Part shown: positions 22,297 to 31,994 of the stretch, piece by piece
Layout of the letters: every line of letters begins with the position of its first letter
Numbering within the stretch: the first letter of the stretch is position 1
NCBI GenBank assembly: GCA_964596195.1
Contig: CAZQTN010000003.1
Coordinates: 1-41,974, forward strand
Source of the DNA: an uncultured Ruminococcus sp.
GTDB taxonomy: Bacteria; Bacillota; Clostridia; Oscillospirales; CAG-272
DNA length: 41,974 nucleotides
Direction of reading: 5' to 3'
The notes under the pieces: generated by a model
What the model was told of the DNA's origin: nothing
Database searches by the model: none
The model's input: only the letters and a program-made list of their open reading frames with translations
Position numbers and translations under genes: made by a program

Positions 22297-24097
22297 ACTT
22301 GTTTTTGTTATAAATTTCTCTGAACTGACGGACAGAGGATGCGAAGTCCTCGATCGCGTCGCTGACCACGGCGGGATCACGCATATCGATGCCGGCAACG
22401 AGCAGGCTGTCAAGGGGTGACTTGGAGTCGCCGCACTTGAGGAAGTCGATATACTTGCCGACGTAGGATGCGCCCTCCTCCTCGATACGCTTTACGATGG
22501 CGCTTGCCGCAGAGATACAGGTCGCGTACTTGTAAACGTAGAAGCAGCTGTAAAAGTGAGGGATACGCGCCCATTCAAGCGCGATCTGCTTGTCGCAGGC
22601 GACGTCCTTGCCAAAATACTTTTTGACCAGCTTATAGTAAGCCTTATTCACGAGGTCGGCGGTAAGGGTCTCGCCCTTCTCTACGCGTGCATGCATCTGC
22701 TTTTCAAAGGAAGCAAACATCGTCTGACGGTAGAGGGTCGCCTTGTAGGTCTCCATAAGACCGTCGAGAATGTAGAGCTTTTCCTCATCGGACTTGCACT
22801 CGCGGAGCTTGCGGTGAGCGAGAAGGAGCTCGTTTACGGTAGAGGCGACCTCGGCGACGAAGATTCGGTAACCGGAGTTGTGCGGCTCGTTGTACTTGGT
22901 TGAGAACCAGGTGTGCATCGAATGGCCCGCCTCGTGCGCGAGGGTGGACACGTCGTCAAAGTTGCCGTTGTAGTTAAGGAGAATGTAGGGCTCGGTGTCG
23001 GGACAGCCTGCGCTGAACGCGCCGCCGCGCTTGCCTCTGGTGGGGTAAACGTCGACCCATCCCTTTTCGGTAAGACCGGCCTTAAGAGTATCGTAATACT
23101 CGTCGCCGTAGATCTTTACGGTGTCGAGCACCTGATCTACCGCCTCCTCATAGCTGTACTCACGGGAAAGCGAGCCAACGAGGGGAGCGTAGATGTCGTA
23201 GAGGTGGAGCTTATCAAGGCCGAGCACCTCGCGCTTAAGTGCGTAGTAATCGTAGAGGGGCTCAAGGCTCGTTTCCACGGTCTTTATAAGATTGTTGTAG
23301 ATCTCGGGGGTGACCTCGTCCTTGAAGGTGGATGCGGTGAGAGAGTCCTTGAAGCTGCGCGCCCTGGCCAGCGTGGTCTCCTCTCTTATACGGCCGTCAA
23401 GCAGGGTCGCAAAGGTGTTGGCGAACTGGCCGTAGGTTCTGTACATCTCCTTGAATGCCGCCATACGAACGCGACGCTCGGAGGAGCGGAGGTAGATACC
23501 GTAGCTTGCATCGGTAAGCTCGACGCGCTTGCCGTCCTCACCCTTGATCTTGCCGAATCTCATATCCGAGTTTGCAAAAATGCTTCTGATATTGTCGTGC
23601 GAGCCAAGGCAATCACCAAGAGAGGACATAAGCTTCTCGCAGTCGTCTGAGAGGGTGTGGGGCTTCTCACGCAGGGTCTTCTCGATCGTGCGACGGAAGC
23701 TTTCGAGCTCAGGCTTTTCGACAAACCAGCTCTTCACGGTCTCCTCGTCAAGGCGAAGAATGTAGGGGGTCACGAACCAGGTAGCGCTGTCTGCGCTGAC
23801 GGCAAGGCTTCTCACTCTGCCGGAGAGCGCCTGATAGGTGTTGTCTGAGGTATCGGTAGCAAAGTTGAGGTGCGCATAGCTCCAGAGCTTTTCGATCATA
23901 CGGCTGATATCTGCCATATCGGAAAGCGCACAGTAGAGTGCATCAGCCGAGGAGGTCATAGCCTTCTCGTGCTTTTTGAAATCGGCGATCATAGCCTCGG
24001 TGCGCTTGTAATCGGCATCGAAGTCTGCGACGCTCTTATATATCGCGGACAGATCCCATTTATACTTACTGTCTACGTCTTTTCTTTCAAGGGGCAT
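22295..24097 (-). CDS. pepF: Oligoendopeptidase F (M3B metallopeptidase).
   Basis: 600 aa with the HEAGHSMH zinc motif and typical PepF length and N-terminus (KYKWDLS...). The GGAGAA RBS lies inside the 3' end of the upstream gene. Confidence 0.92.
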   Translation of the reverse strand: MPLERKDVDSKYKWDLSAIYKSVADFDADYKRTEAMIADFKKHEKAMTSSADALYCALSDMADISRMIEKLWSYAHLNFATDTSDNTYQALSGRVRSLAVSADSATWFVTPYILRLDEETVKSWFVEKPELESFRRTIEKTLREKPHTLSDDCEKLMSSLGDCLGSHDNIRSIFANSDMRFGKIKGEDGKRVELTDASYGIYLRSSERRVRMAAFKEMYRTYGQFANTFATLLDGRIREETTLARARSFKDSLTASTFKDEVTPEIYNNLIKTVETSLEPLYDYYALKREVLGLDKLHLYDIYAPLVGSLSREYSYEEAVDQVLDTVKIYGDEYYDTLKAGLTEKGWVDVYPTRGKRGGAFSAGCPDTEPYILLNYNGNFDDVSTLAHEAGHSMHTWFSTKYNEPHNSGYRIFVAEVASTVNELLLAHRKLRECKSDEEKLYILDGLMETYKATLYRQTMFASFEKQMHARVEKGETLTADLVNKAYYKLVKKYFGKDVACDKQIALEWARIPHFYSCFYVYKYATCISAASAIVKRIEEEGASYVGKYIDFLKCGDSKSPLDSLLVAGIDMRDPAVVSDAIEDFASSVRQFREIYNKNK

Positions 24098-24099
24098 TT

Positions 24100-25467
24100 T
24101 TATTCTCCTTTGTTTCCTTTATTATGGTGGTGAAAGAGACTGTGATGCTCGTGGGGGTGGGGGTCGTGAGGACGGCGGAACTCGGTGGAGTCCTTGATCC
24201 TCGAGCTCTTCTTTTCCTCGGGCTTGATGTCACCGGCCTTGGTAAGCGAGATCTTGGTGAGCATAGGACCGAAGAGCTCGTAAATAAGCACAGCAAAGAG
24301 AGTGATGTTAGCAACTATTACGCCGATATTGGAATTATCACCCGTGAATATCGCCTGAGTCTTTATCGCCATACCGAGCGCAACCCCCGCCTGAGGAAGA
24401 AGGGTTACACCAAGGTATTTAACGATGTTGTCGTCGCACTTCATAGCCTTGGAGGACGAGAAGGCGCCGAAGTATTTACCAAGCGAGCGCGCAAGGATAT
24501 AAACCACGCCAATAAGGACTATCCAACCGTTTTTGAACACGGAGAGTTCAAGCTCCGCACCGCTCAAAACGAAGAAAAGAATTAACACGGGGCCAGACCA
24601 ACGGTCTGCACGAGCCATAAGCTCGTCAGAGAAATCGCACACGTTACAGAACACGGTGCCGAGCATCATACAAACGAGCAAGGACGAGAACGCAACGTGG
24701 ATCGTGCCTATATGGAAGTCGAACGACGAGAGTCCTACGGCAAGCAGAACGAAGCAGATCGACATTGCCAGTCGCTTTGAATTGGAGTGGAAGAAGCGCT
24801 CAAAGAGATTGAACGCGAAGCCCATTACCGCACCGAGCGCAAGCGAGAGAACGACCTCAAGCATGGGCTCAAGAATCATAGCGACAACGGATACGTTACC
24901 CGTAGAGATGGAGCGTGCAACGCCAAGCGAGATAGCAAAAAGGACGAGGCCGACTGCATCGTCTATTGCAACGACGGGAAGAAGCATATCGGTCAGGGGG
25001 CCCTTTGCCTTATACTGCTTTACGACCATAAGGGTCGCGGCAGGGGCAGTAGCGGATGCGACTGCACCGAGGATTATTGCCGCTGAGAGAGGAAGAACGT
25101 CCTCGCCGAGGATAAAGTGGAGGCCGATGAGCGCCGCATCAACGACGAGGGTGGCAACTACGGCCTGAAAAACACCGACGACGGCGGCCTTCTTACCTAT
25201 CTTTTTGACCTGCGAGAGGCGGAACTCGTTGCCTATTGAGAATGCGATAAAGCCGAGGGCAACGTCGGAAATTATAGAGTAGGAATTGACGTCCTCGTGG
25301 CTGATAAAGCCAAGTCCGGGAACGCCGATGGCGCCGAGCACGTACGGGCCGACAAGGATTCCGGCGATCAGATAAGCGGTTACGGCAGGAAGCTTCAGGA
25401 GCTTTGCCACGCGGGACAGCATAAGTCCTGCGAAGATTGCGATTGAAAGACTCAAAAGTACTTGCAT
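24100..25467 (-). CDS. Cation:proton antiporter (CPA2/Kef-type Na+/H+ exchanger family) with a His-rich C-terminal tail.
   Basis: Multi-TM protein. MQVLLSLSIAIFAGLMLSRVAKLLKLPAVTAYLIAGILVGP is a typical CPA N-terminus. The start was set to ATG 25467. The tail is RRPHDPHPHEHHSLFHHHNK. Confidence 0.85.
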   Translation of the reverse strand: MQVLLSLSIAIFAGLMLSRVAKLLKLPAVTAYLIAGILVGPYVLGAIGVPGLGFISHEDVNSYSIISDVALGFIAFSIGNEFRLSQVKKIGKKAAVVGVFQAVVATLVVDAALIGLHFILGEDVLPLSAAIILGAVASATAPAATLMVVKQYKAKGPLTDMLLPVVAIDDAVGLVLFAISLGVARSISTGNVSVVAMILEPMLEVVLSLALGAVMGFAFNLFERFFHSNSKRLAMSICFVLLAVGLSSFDFHIGTIHVAFSSLLVCMMLGTVFCNVCDFSDELMARADRWSGPVLILFFVLSGAELELSVFKNGWIVLIGVVYILARSLGKYFGAFSSSKAMKCDDNIVKYLGVTLLPQAGVALGMAIKTQAIFTGDNSNIGVIVANITLFAVLIYELFGPMLTKISLTKAGDIKPEEKKSSRIKDSTEFRRPHDPHPHEHHSLFHHHNKGNKGE

Positions 25468-25561
25468 TTTTTGTTTTCTCTTAAAGTTATTATTTAAATA
25501 AAAATCATTTTTATTGGGACTATCACCAAGATCAGGCAACAGTCCCTTAATTGCGTATTAT

Positions 25562-25590
25562 ATACTATCACAAAACTTTTCGTTTTGCAA
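25562..25590 (-). promoter_or_regulatory. Promoter of the antiporter-pepF operon.
   Basis: On the minus strand: TTGCAA (25590-25585), 17-nt spacer, TGaTAGTAT (25567-25562). Confidence 0.5.
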
Positions 25591-25608
25591 GTAGTTTTAA
25601 ATATTTAT

Positions 25609-26628
25609 TTAAAAACTGCCATCAAGCGACACCTCGCCGCGCAGATCCTTCTCCATAAGCTCCTTTACAACTGCGGCGTCACGGTGCTTTGAGAAGAGAT
25701 AATACAGCTTTGCGACGGCGGCCTCGGTAGTCATATCAAGTCCGCTGACGGCACCCGCACGCGTCAGATACATACTCGCCGCATAAGCGCCGAGCTCAAC
25801 CTTGCCCTTGCCGCACTGAGAGGTAACCACGATGACCGTGCCGTGCTCTCTTGCCGCCTCGAGCAGGGGTGCAAGTGAATGTCCGTCGGGGATGTTGCCT
25901 GCACCAAAGGCCTCAAGCACTATGCCGCGCACGCCGCCGTCGAGCACCGCCGCGAGCAGGTCGTACGAGAAGCCGGGGAACATTTTTATTACTGCGATCG
26001 GCACGCTTGCGACCTCGAACAGAGAAAACTGCTCCGCTCCGCCCCCACGCAAAAACTTCTTTCGATAGGTTATAGTCGTGCCTATCTCGGCAAGCCTTGG
26101 ATAATTCGGTGAGGCGAAGGCCTCAAGATCGTCGGCGGATATTTTGGTCGCGCGATTACCGCGCATCAGCTGTCCGCCAAAGTAGAGACACACCTCGCGC
26201 ACCTCGCCCGATGCCGCAACGAGCATTGACGTGACGAGATTATCTATACCGTCGCTGCGCATACGGCAAAGCGGTATCTGCGAGCCTGTGAACACGACCG
26301 CCTTGTTAAGTCCCTCAAGCATAAAGGACATAGCCGAGGCGGTGTACGCCATCGTGTCCGTGCCGTGAAGAACGACAAATCCGTCGAAATCGTCATACCT
26401 GTCGCGAATAAGTCCGCCTATCTCGTTCCACTCACGCCACGTCACGTCCGATGAGTCGAGCAAGCGCGAGAGGCAAATGACCTCATAGCTCGGGAAGCCG
26501 GGTAAATTTATATCGTGTATTTTGTAGAGCATTTCGGGAAATGCCTTGGGGTTTGGCATATAGCCGTTTTCGGTGGGCATCATACCGATGGTGCCACCCG
26601 TGTAAATTACACAGACCTGTTTTTTCAT
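25609..26628 (-). CDS. ansA: L-asparaginase, type I (cytoplasmic).
   Basis: It has the VIYTGGTIGM and HGTDTMAYTASA motifs and is 339 aa long. Confidence 0.92.
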   Translation of the reverse strand: MKKQVCVIYTGGTIGMMPTENGYMPNPKAFPEMLYKIHDINLPGFPSYEVICLSRLLDSSDVTWREWNEIGGLIRDRYDDFDGFVVLHGTDTMAYTASAMSFMLEGLNKAVVFTGSQIPLCRMRSDGIDNLVTSMLVAASGEVREVCLYFGGQLMRGNRATKISADDLEAFASPNYPRLAEIGTTITYRKKFLRGGGAEQFSLFEVASVPIAVIKMFPGFSYDLLAAVLDGGVRGIVLEAFGAGNIPDGHSLAPLLEAAREHGTVIVVTSQCGKGKVELGAYAASMYLTRAGAVSGLDMTTEAAVAKLYYLFSKHRDAAVVKELMEKDLRGEVSLDGSF

Positions 26629-26640
26629 ATTTCTCCGTCT

Positions 26641-27876
26641 TTATTCCGTGACTATTTTTGCAATTCTGACCACAACGCTCTGGCCGTACGGCTGAGGGGT
26701 GGCGAATATCTTGACGGCGTTGCCGTCCTGATTAAATTCGACCGCATCATCGGTCTCGAGCCATTCAATGCTCTTTACACGCTCGTCGAGCGTGATGCTG
26801 ACGGAGTAATTCTCACGCTGGTCGTCGGTGAGAGCAACGTGGTGGTTGCCGCCCATCGGAAGCTCGTGACAGAAGAGATAGTAGGCATCCTTGCCGCGCA
26901 TAACGAAATCGTCCTCATTTCCATCGACCGGAATACGAGTGGGTGCGGTGCCGACGCAGGCCTCGGAGAAGCTGCCTATCCACTCGCCGAGAGTGACGAG
27001 CATAGCGGTATCAAGGGTGCGCAGCTTACCGTTTGCCATAGGTCCGACGTTCATAAGAAGGTTTGAGCCGTAGCGGCGGCAGACGCAATAGTCCTTGATT
27101 ATATCTGCCATTGATTTGAAGTTGTAATCAAGGCTTGCATATCCCCAGTGATCACCAAAGACCTGGCACATCTCGCTGGCGATATACTTGGGGGCATCAC
27201 CCATATTGATGGGCTGAGGCTTGCCGCGCTCAAAGGTAACCGAGTCAAGCTCGATGTGGCCGAGCGCGCCTCTGGCGTGAAGTCCGGTGTTGTTGATGAT
27301 CATAGCATCCGGCTGATGCTTGCGGATAAGAGAATAAAGTGCATCCTCTTCCCAATCGGCATCCTTTTTATCCCACATCCCGTCAAACCAGAGTCCGCCG
27401 ATCTTGCCGTAGCGGGTACAGAGGATCTCAACGCTTGCGCGGAGGTACTCAAGGTATTTCTTGAAATCGGTGTTGTAGCACTCGACCTTCCAATCAAGGA
27501 GGGTGTGATAGAAGAAAGGAACGATATCGGCGGCGCGGCAGGCATCGACAAATTCGCGCACCAGATCACGACCGGCAAGCGCGTGGGGTGCATCGTAATC
27601 GCTTATGGGAGATGCGTCGTAGAGGGAAAATCCGTCGTGGTGACGGGTCGTGAGGGTTATGTATTTACAGCCTGTGGCCTTAGCGGTGGCAACAAGCTCG
27701 GTTGCCCAATCCGGGTCGGGATTGAAGCGCTTGGGCAGCTTCTCATATTCCTTGGGGTCAAGCTCACACGAATAGAGCGACCACTCTCCCCTGCCGATTA
27801 CGCTGTAAAGGCCGAAATGGACGAACATTCCGAACTCCATAGCCTCAAAATCCTTAATACGTTGCTCAACAATCAT
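26641..27876 (-). CDS. Alpha-L-fucosidase (GH29).
   Basis: FGMFVHFGLYSVIGRGEWSLY and GCKYITLTTRHHDGFSLYD are characteristic of the GH29 N-terminal catalytic domain. Confidence 0.88.
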   Translation of the reverse strand: MIVEQRIKDFEAMEFGMFVHFGLYSVIGRGEWSLYSCELDPKEYEKLPKRFNPDPDWATELVATAKATGCKYITLTTRHHDGFSLYDASPISDYDAPHALAGRDLVREFVDACRAADIVPFFYHTLLDWKVECYNTDFKKYLEYLRASVEILCTRYGKIGGLWFDGMWDKKDADWEEDALYSLIRKHQPDAMIINNTGLHARGALGHIELDSVTFERGKPQPINMGDAPKYIASEMCQVFGDHWGYASLDYNFKSMADIIKDYCVCRRYGSNLLMNVGPMANGKLRTLDTAMLVTLGEWIGSFSEACVGTAPTRIPVDGNEDDFVMRGKDAYYLFCHELPMGGNHHVALTDDQRENYSVSITLDERVKSIEWLETDDAVEFNQDGNAVKIFATPQPYGQSVVVRIAKIVTE

Positions 27877-27887
27877 AACATTTCTCC

Positions 27888-28385
27888 TTATAATAAATTT
27901 GCGGCGATCACGCCGAGTATTCCAAACGCAATTCCGATGAGTCCGCCGACCGTAACGTCACGCACAAAATGTATGCCACATAGCACCCGTGTCACGGCAA
28001 TCAGCACCGCAAGGAGCAAAAGTCCGAGTGTTACGACGGGATTTACGAGCCAGGACAGAGTTGTGATAACGAAGGCGGAATAGCAGTGCCTGCTGGGAAA
28101 GGATTCGCCCTGCTTTTCCTTAGGCTTAACGAGGTAAAAATCATAAACCTCGTAAGGGCGGGGGCAGTTGAGAAGCTTGCGGAGCACGGTCACGGTGATG
28201 TAACCGAGTGCCGCGGCGGCCGCCGCAATAAGTGCATCGTACCACTCATCGCCAAGCGCTGAAATCGCCAGCACGAGCGCAAAGAAGGCAACGTTCAGAC
28301 CAACGCATATCTTGCCTATCAGCATCAGGCATTTTTTCTTCTTTTCGGACTCGTAGACCGCACGCAAAAGCTTTTCCATCTCCAC
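27888..28385 (-). CDS. PAP2-family phosphatase (membrane).
   Basis: It has the PSRH and RVLCGIHFVRDV acid-phosphatase motifs and four predicted TM helices. The start could instead be ATG 28379. Confidence 0.85.
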   Translation of the reverse strand: MEMEKLLRAVYESEKKKKCLMLIGKICVGLNVAFFALVLAISALGDEWYDALIAAAAAALGYITVTVLRKLLNCPRPYEVYDFYLVKPKEKQGESFPSRHCYSAFVITTLSWLVNPVVTLGLLLLAVLIAVTRVLCGIHFVRDVTVGGLIGIAFGILGVIAANLL

Positions 28386-28412
28386 CTCGTAAACGGGAAT
28401 TTATTCAAGGAG

Positions 28413-28441
28413 ATTTTATCATATATAAAGGAACAAGTCAA
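28413..28441 (-). promoter_or_regulatory. Promoter of the PAP2-fucosidase-asparaginase cluster.
   Basis: On the minus strand: TTGACT (28441-28436), 17-nt spacer, TGaTAAAAT (TAAAAT 28418-28413). Confidence 0.6.
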
Positions 28442-28465
28442 TACCTTTGATTATTTTAAATGTTT

Positions 28466-30820
28466 TTACGCCGCGAGCACGCGCATAACGGAAACGGTAA
28501 GGTCGTCGTCCGTTTTGGAGTTTTCAAGCGCTACAGCAAGCAGCTCGTCGGCGTACTCGGAGGCCGACTTGTCGGTGGGTCTTGAAAGAAATTCAAGAAG
28601 CCACGGCACCTCGTCGGGCAGTACGGCCACACCGTCGGAGAGCATCACGACGTAATCACCGCCCTCTACCCGCGCAACGACCTGCTCGGAGTCGACAGAG
28701 GCAGAAAGCCCGATCGGTGCCGTGCGTGAGCGAATGCGGTATATCGAATCGGCGTGCTTGACGTACGAGGGGGCGGCGCCGCATTTGGTAAACGAGGCCT
28801 CACCCGTCACCAGATCAAACGAGAAAATATCGACCGTGGTCGAGCACTCCTCGCCGCGGTGCTTTATTATTCCGCTCAGGGAATCAAGCACAAGAGAGGT
28901 ATTGTCCCCTGTAAGCATCTCGGAAAGAAAGCGGCAGGCAAAGCGGGAGGTGCGCATTGCAACGGCGCCGGAGCCCATACCGTCCGAGAGAAGCGAATAG
29001 AACACGTCGTCGCGCTGAGCAAAATCCGCGCTATCACCCGACAGCCCGGTGCGAGGGGATGCGGAGGAGACCGTCGCGCTCTCAATTTTCCACACGGGTG
29101 CCGCCTTACACTCCAAAACAGTTATTTTATCACGCACCTCGCGAGAGAGGATCTCAAGGCGCGCGCCCACGGCTCGCGAAAGCTCGCCAAGCACGCGTTC
29201 GGAGGATAATTCGCGCCCCTCTCCCTCCTCGGCGGCGATGATCATACACTCTCTGCCGTTGCCCATCACGCGCACGCACCCCTCCGGAAATCCAAGAGAT
29301 GCGAGAGTGCCCGTCAGTCTGCGCGACGCATCCTCGTCAACTGTGCTGTGCCGCCTTGCGGCAGTGCGCTCGCCGTTCATAAGCTTGGATATAAGCTCGT
29401 ATTCCCCGGCCAGAGCATCCATACGGCATTTTTCATAGCACTCCCGCTCGTATTCTCCCGACAGGCGCACGATCTCCGAATATATAGAGCCCGCGCATTC
29501 CGGAGCGCCGAGGATCCTTGTGACGTCATCGACCGTTATGCGGTCTCCCTTATACAGCTTTGAGGCCATAGCATCTATTTTTTCTTCACACGGGGTGGGG
29601 TTAAGTGATGCCGTGACCGCTATAACGATGTTTCTGTACTCATCAAATTCTCCGTGCGAGGAGCCTTGACCGTATTCCTTTATCGCACCTGCCGCAAAGA
29701 GCAATGACGACTCAAGCATCCCCGCGTCCAAAAGACTCTCACGACGGCGCATTATAGCATCGTCGGCCGCCTCCGCACCCGCGCGGGAAAGATCTACGAC
29801 AGCCTCAGGCTCGCTTTCTCTTTTCGCCACCCTCAGATAAGGTGTCATAAGCATTGCGGCAATGCCGTATTCGGGGAGGGTGGAGAGAAAATCGGTGAGC
29901 CCCCCTGCATACGCACACCACGCACACAAAAGCGCGCCGCCGCCAAACAGAGCGTAACCGAGGCCAAGAGAAAATAACGCACCCGAGCCAAGGCCGGCAA
30001 GTGCAAATGCGACAGCACCCGTCGCGCTTATACCTATCGCCCCGACGAAGCCGACTACGCCTGCACGCAGAGCACCGAAGCGGCGCGCAACGAACAGCGT
30101 TGCCACGCCGACGAATATGTAAGAGAGCGATATACCGAAGAAATCGTAGCCGTCAAGGGAAAGCCCCACCAAAAAGCATATCACGAGCGACGAGAGCTGA
30201 AAAAGAATGAGCGCCGCGCTCTCCCGCTCTCCCCTCTTGCCCGAGAAGATCCTGCGCCCCTTGCCAAAAAGCTCTATCGGGTCGATATCCGAGGTGAAAA
30301 CACCGAAAAACGAAAAAGCAAGCGCAACGGTCAGAAGCACACCCGTGCAACCAAAAAGGATCGACGAGAGCGAAAATGAGTTGATCAATATCTCGTAAAA
30401 GGCGCCTATAAACGAGCCTATCGCCGCCGAGGCCACACGCATAACGTACGACTCGCTGAACAGGCGCACCGCCATACCGTCCTCGTCGCGCGAGCCGCCC
30501 GATATTATGATGCGCAAAAACACTATCACCACCGATATTATCGCGTGCAAAAGTCCCGTGCCGCCGAGCGATACAGACCCGAACAGCGCACCGAAAAGAG
30601 CCACCCAAACGTGTGAGGGAAGCGTGGCGAGGAGCGCCGTGGCAAGCGGATAGGCACCAAAAGCTATATGACGTCTTGCAAAAAACAGCGCCATCAGAAA
30701 TACGGCTATGTCCACCGCTAGCGCGCCGCGCTCTCCCCTTCTGCGCTCGATCTCGCGCCGCACAGTCGCGGCTATACCGCCAAAAAACGACCCGCGGCGC
30801 GGCGTTTTTTTCTTATCCAT
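28466..30820 (-). CDS. spoIIE: Stage II sporulation protein E (PP2C phosphatase with a polytopic membrane domain).
   Basis: 784 aa. About 10 N-terminal TM helices are followed by a C-terminal PP2C domain with SLLSDGMGSG and VVMLSDGV motifs. Confidence 0.9.
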   Translation of the reverse strand: MDKKKTPRRGSFFGGIAATVRREIERRRGERGALAVDIAVFLMALFFARRHIAFGAYPLATALLATLPSHVWVALFGALFGSVSLGGTGLLHAIISVVIVFLRIIISGGSRDEDGMAVRLFSESYVMRVASAAIGSFIGAFYEILINSFSLSSILFGCTGVLLTVALAFSFFGVFTSDIDPIELFGKGRRIFSGKRGERESAALILFQLSSLVICFLVGLSLDGYDFFGISLSYIFVGVATLFVARRFGALRAGVVGFVGAIGISATGAVAFALAGLGSGALFSLGLGYALFGGGALLCAWCAYAGGLTDFLSTLPEYGIAAMLMTPYLRVAKRESEPEAVVDLSRAGAEAADDAIMRRRESLLDAGMLESSLLFAAGAIKEYGQGSSHGEFDEYRNIVIAVTASLNPTPCEEKIDAMASKLYKGDRITVDDVTRILGAPECAGSIYSEIVRLSGEYERECYEKCRMDALAGEYELISKLMNGERTAARRHSTVDEDASRRLTGTLASLGFPEGCVRVMGNGRECMIIAAEEGEGRELSSERVLGELSRAVGARLEILSREVRDKITVLECKAAPVWKIESATVSSASPRTGLSGDSADFAQRDDVFYSLLSDGMGSGAVAMRTSRFACRFLSEMLTGDNTSLVLDSLSGIIKHRGEECSTTVDIFSFDLVTGEASFTKCGAAPSYVKHADSIYRIRSRTAPIGLSASVDSEQVVARVEGGDYVVMLSDGVAVLPDEVPWLLEFLSRPTDKSASEYADELLAVALENSKTDDDLTVSVMRVLAA

Positions 30821-30870
30821 AAAACTACCTTCCTTCTTAAATAAAGTTATACGCTAATTCTACATCATAC

Positions 30871-31019
30871 GGGCGGTAGAATACAGTCGCTTTTTGCAAG
30901 GACTATCCGACGATTTCGGGCGGTACTTGAAAATACTTGTCAAGGGCGGTATAAAAGTGCAGTTTTTTAAGAAAATTTGCTTTATTTAAATTGAATATTC
31001 GGGGCGGTTATTGAAATAC
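30871..31019 (+). promoter_or_regulatory. Four direct copies of a GGGCGGT(A/T) motif in the spoIIE-truB intergenic region.
   Basis: The copies start at 30871, 30918, 30944 and 31002. Copies 2 and 4 extend to GGGCGGTAcTTGAAAATAC and GGGCGGTTaTTGAAATAC. Confidence 0.45.
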
Positions 31020-31039
31020 GCTTTATTTTATGATAAAAT
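31011..31039 (+). promoter_or_regulatory. Promoter of truB-addA.
   Basis: TTGAAA (31011-31016), 17-nt spacer, TGaTAAAAT (TAAAAT 31034-31039). Confidence 0.55.
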
Positions 31040-31078
31040 ATCTGTAACAGATATATACCGTCGCCAAAGGGTGGCGGA

Positions 31079-31984
31079 ATGGAGATAAATGTGAAAAGCG
31101 GAGCTGTCATAATATACAAGGAACAGAATATGTCGTCGCAGGGGGCAGTATCACGCCTCAAGCGCCTTTTGGGAGAGAAAAAGGCCGGGCACACCGGTAC
31201 GCTCGACCCGCTGGCGACGGGAGTTTTGCCCATACTCGTCGGCAGAGGCGTAAAAGCAAGTGAATACATCGTAAGCGAGGACAAGCACTACCGCGCGACC
31301 TTGCTGCTCGGAGTCACTACGGATACCGAGGACGTGACCGGCACGGTGCTCACCGAATGCGATGTCGTCCCGGACGAGCAGGCCGTCAGAGCAGCGGTCA
31401 GCAAAATGATCGGGGAAACGGAGCAAATACCCCCGATGTATTCCGCGATAAAGGTAGGCGGAAGAAAGCTGTACGATCTTGCGCGCGAGGGAAAGACGAT
31501 AGAGCGCGAGCCGCGCAGGATAACGGTATACTCGATAGATTGCGAGCGCCTTTCCGAAAAGGAGTACGCGCTTGACGTGCATTGCTCAAAGGGCACCTAC
31601 ATACGCACGCTGTGCGCCGATATCGGAAGACTGGTTGGCTGTGGCGGTACGATGAAGACCCTTGAACGCACGGAGTGCGCAGGCTTTACCCTTGCCGATG
31701 CGCACACACTTGACGAAATAGAGAAAATGAGTGCCGAGGAGCGCGAGGCGATCGTGATCCAGACGGACGAGCTGTTCCCCACGGTACCGAAGCTGACACT
31801 CACTCCTTTTTTTGCACGGCTTGCACGGTGCGGTGTGGAGATATACCTCAAAAAGATATCAGCATCAGCAGACGTGGGAGATAAATTCCGTCTTTACGAC
31901 GAGGGTGGCTTTTTCGCCCTTGGAGAGGTGCGAGAGTACGAGGACGGCCTTGCAATAAAGCCGATCAAGCAGTTCGACGTATAA
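31079..31984 (+). CDS. truB: tRNA pseudouridine(55) synthase.
   Basis: It has the catalytic motif HTGTLDPLATGVLPILVG and a PUA-like C-terminus. The start could instead be GTG 31091. Confidence 0.92.
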   Translation: MEINVKSGAVIIYKEQNMSSQGAVSRLKRLLGEKKAGHTGTLDPLATGVLPILVGRGVKASEYIVSEDKHYRATLLLGVTTDTEDVTGTVLTECDVVPDEQAVRAAVSKMIGETEQIPPMYSAIKVGGRKLYDLAREGKTIEREPRRITVYSIDCERLSEKEYALDVHCSKGTYIRTLCADIGRLVGCGGTMKTLERTECAGFTLADAHTLDEIEKMSAEEREAIVIQTDELFPTVPKLTLTPFFARLARCGVEIYLKKISASADVGDKFRLYDEGGFFALGEVREYEDGLAIKPIKQFDV

Positions 31985-31994
31985 GGAGAAAGAA

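Noticed and set aside
25468-25561. Possible riboswitch or attenuator in the roughly 90-nt leader of the antiporter gene (hairpin GGGACT-N19-AGTCCC).
   Set aside because: The leader is too short and too simple for the known ion- or c-di-AMP-responsive riboswitch classes. The hairpin is not followed by an adjacent U-run.
30821-31078. Spo0A boxes (TGTCGAA/TTCGACA) upstream of spoIIE.
   Set aside because: Only weak partial matches ending in CGAA (GCCCGAA, CCCCGAA) are present. That is not enough to call 0A boxes, so the GGGCGGT repeats are reported instead without naming a factor.
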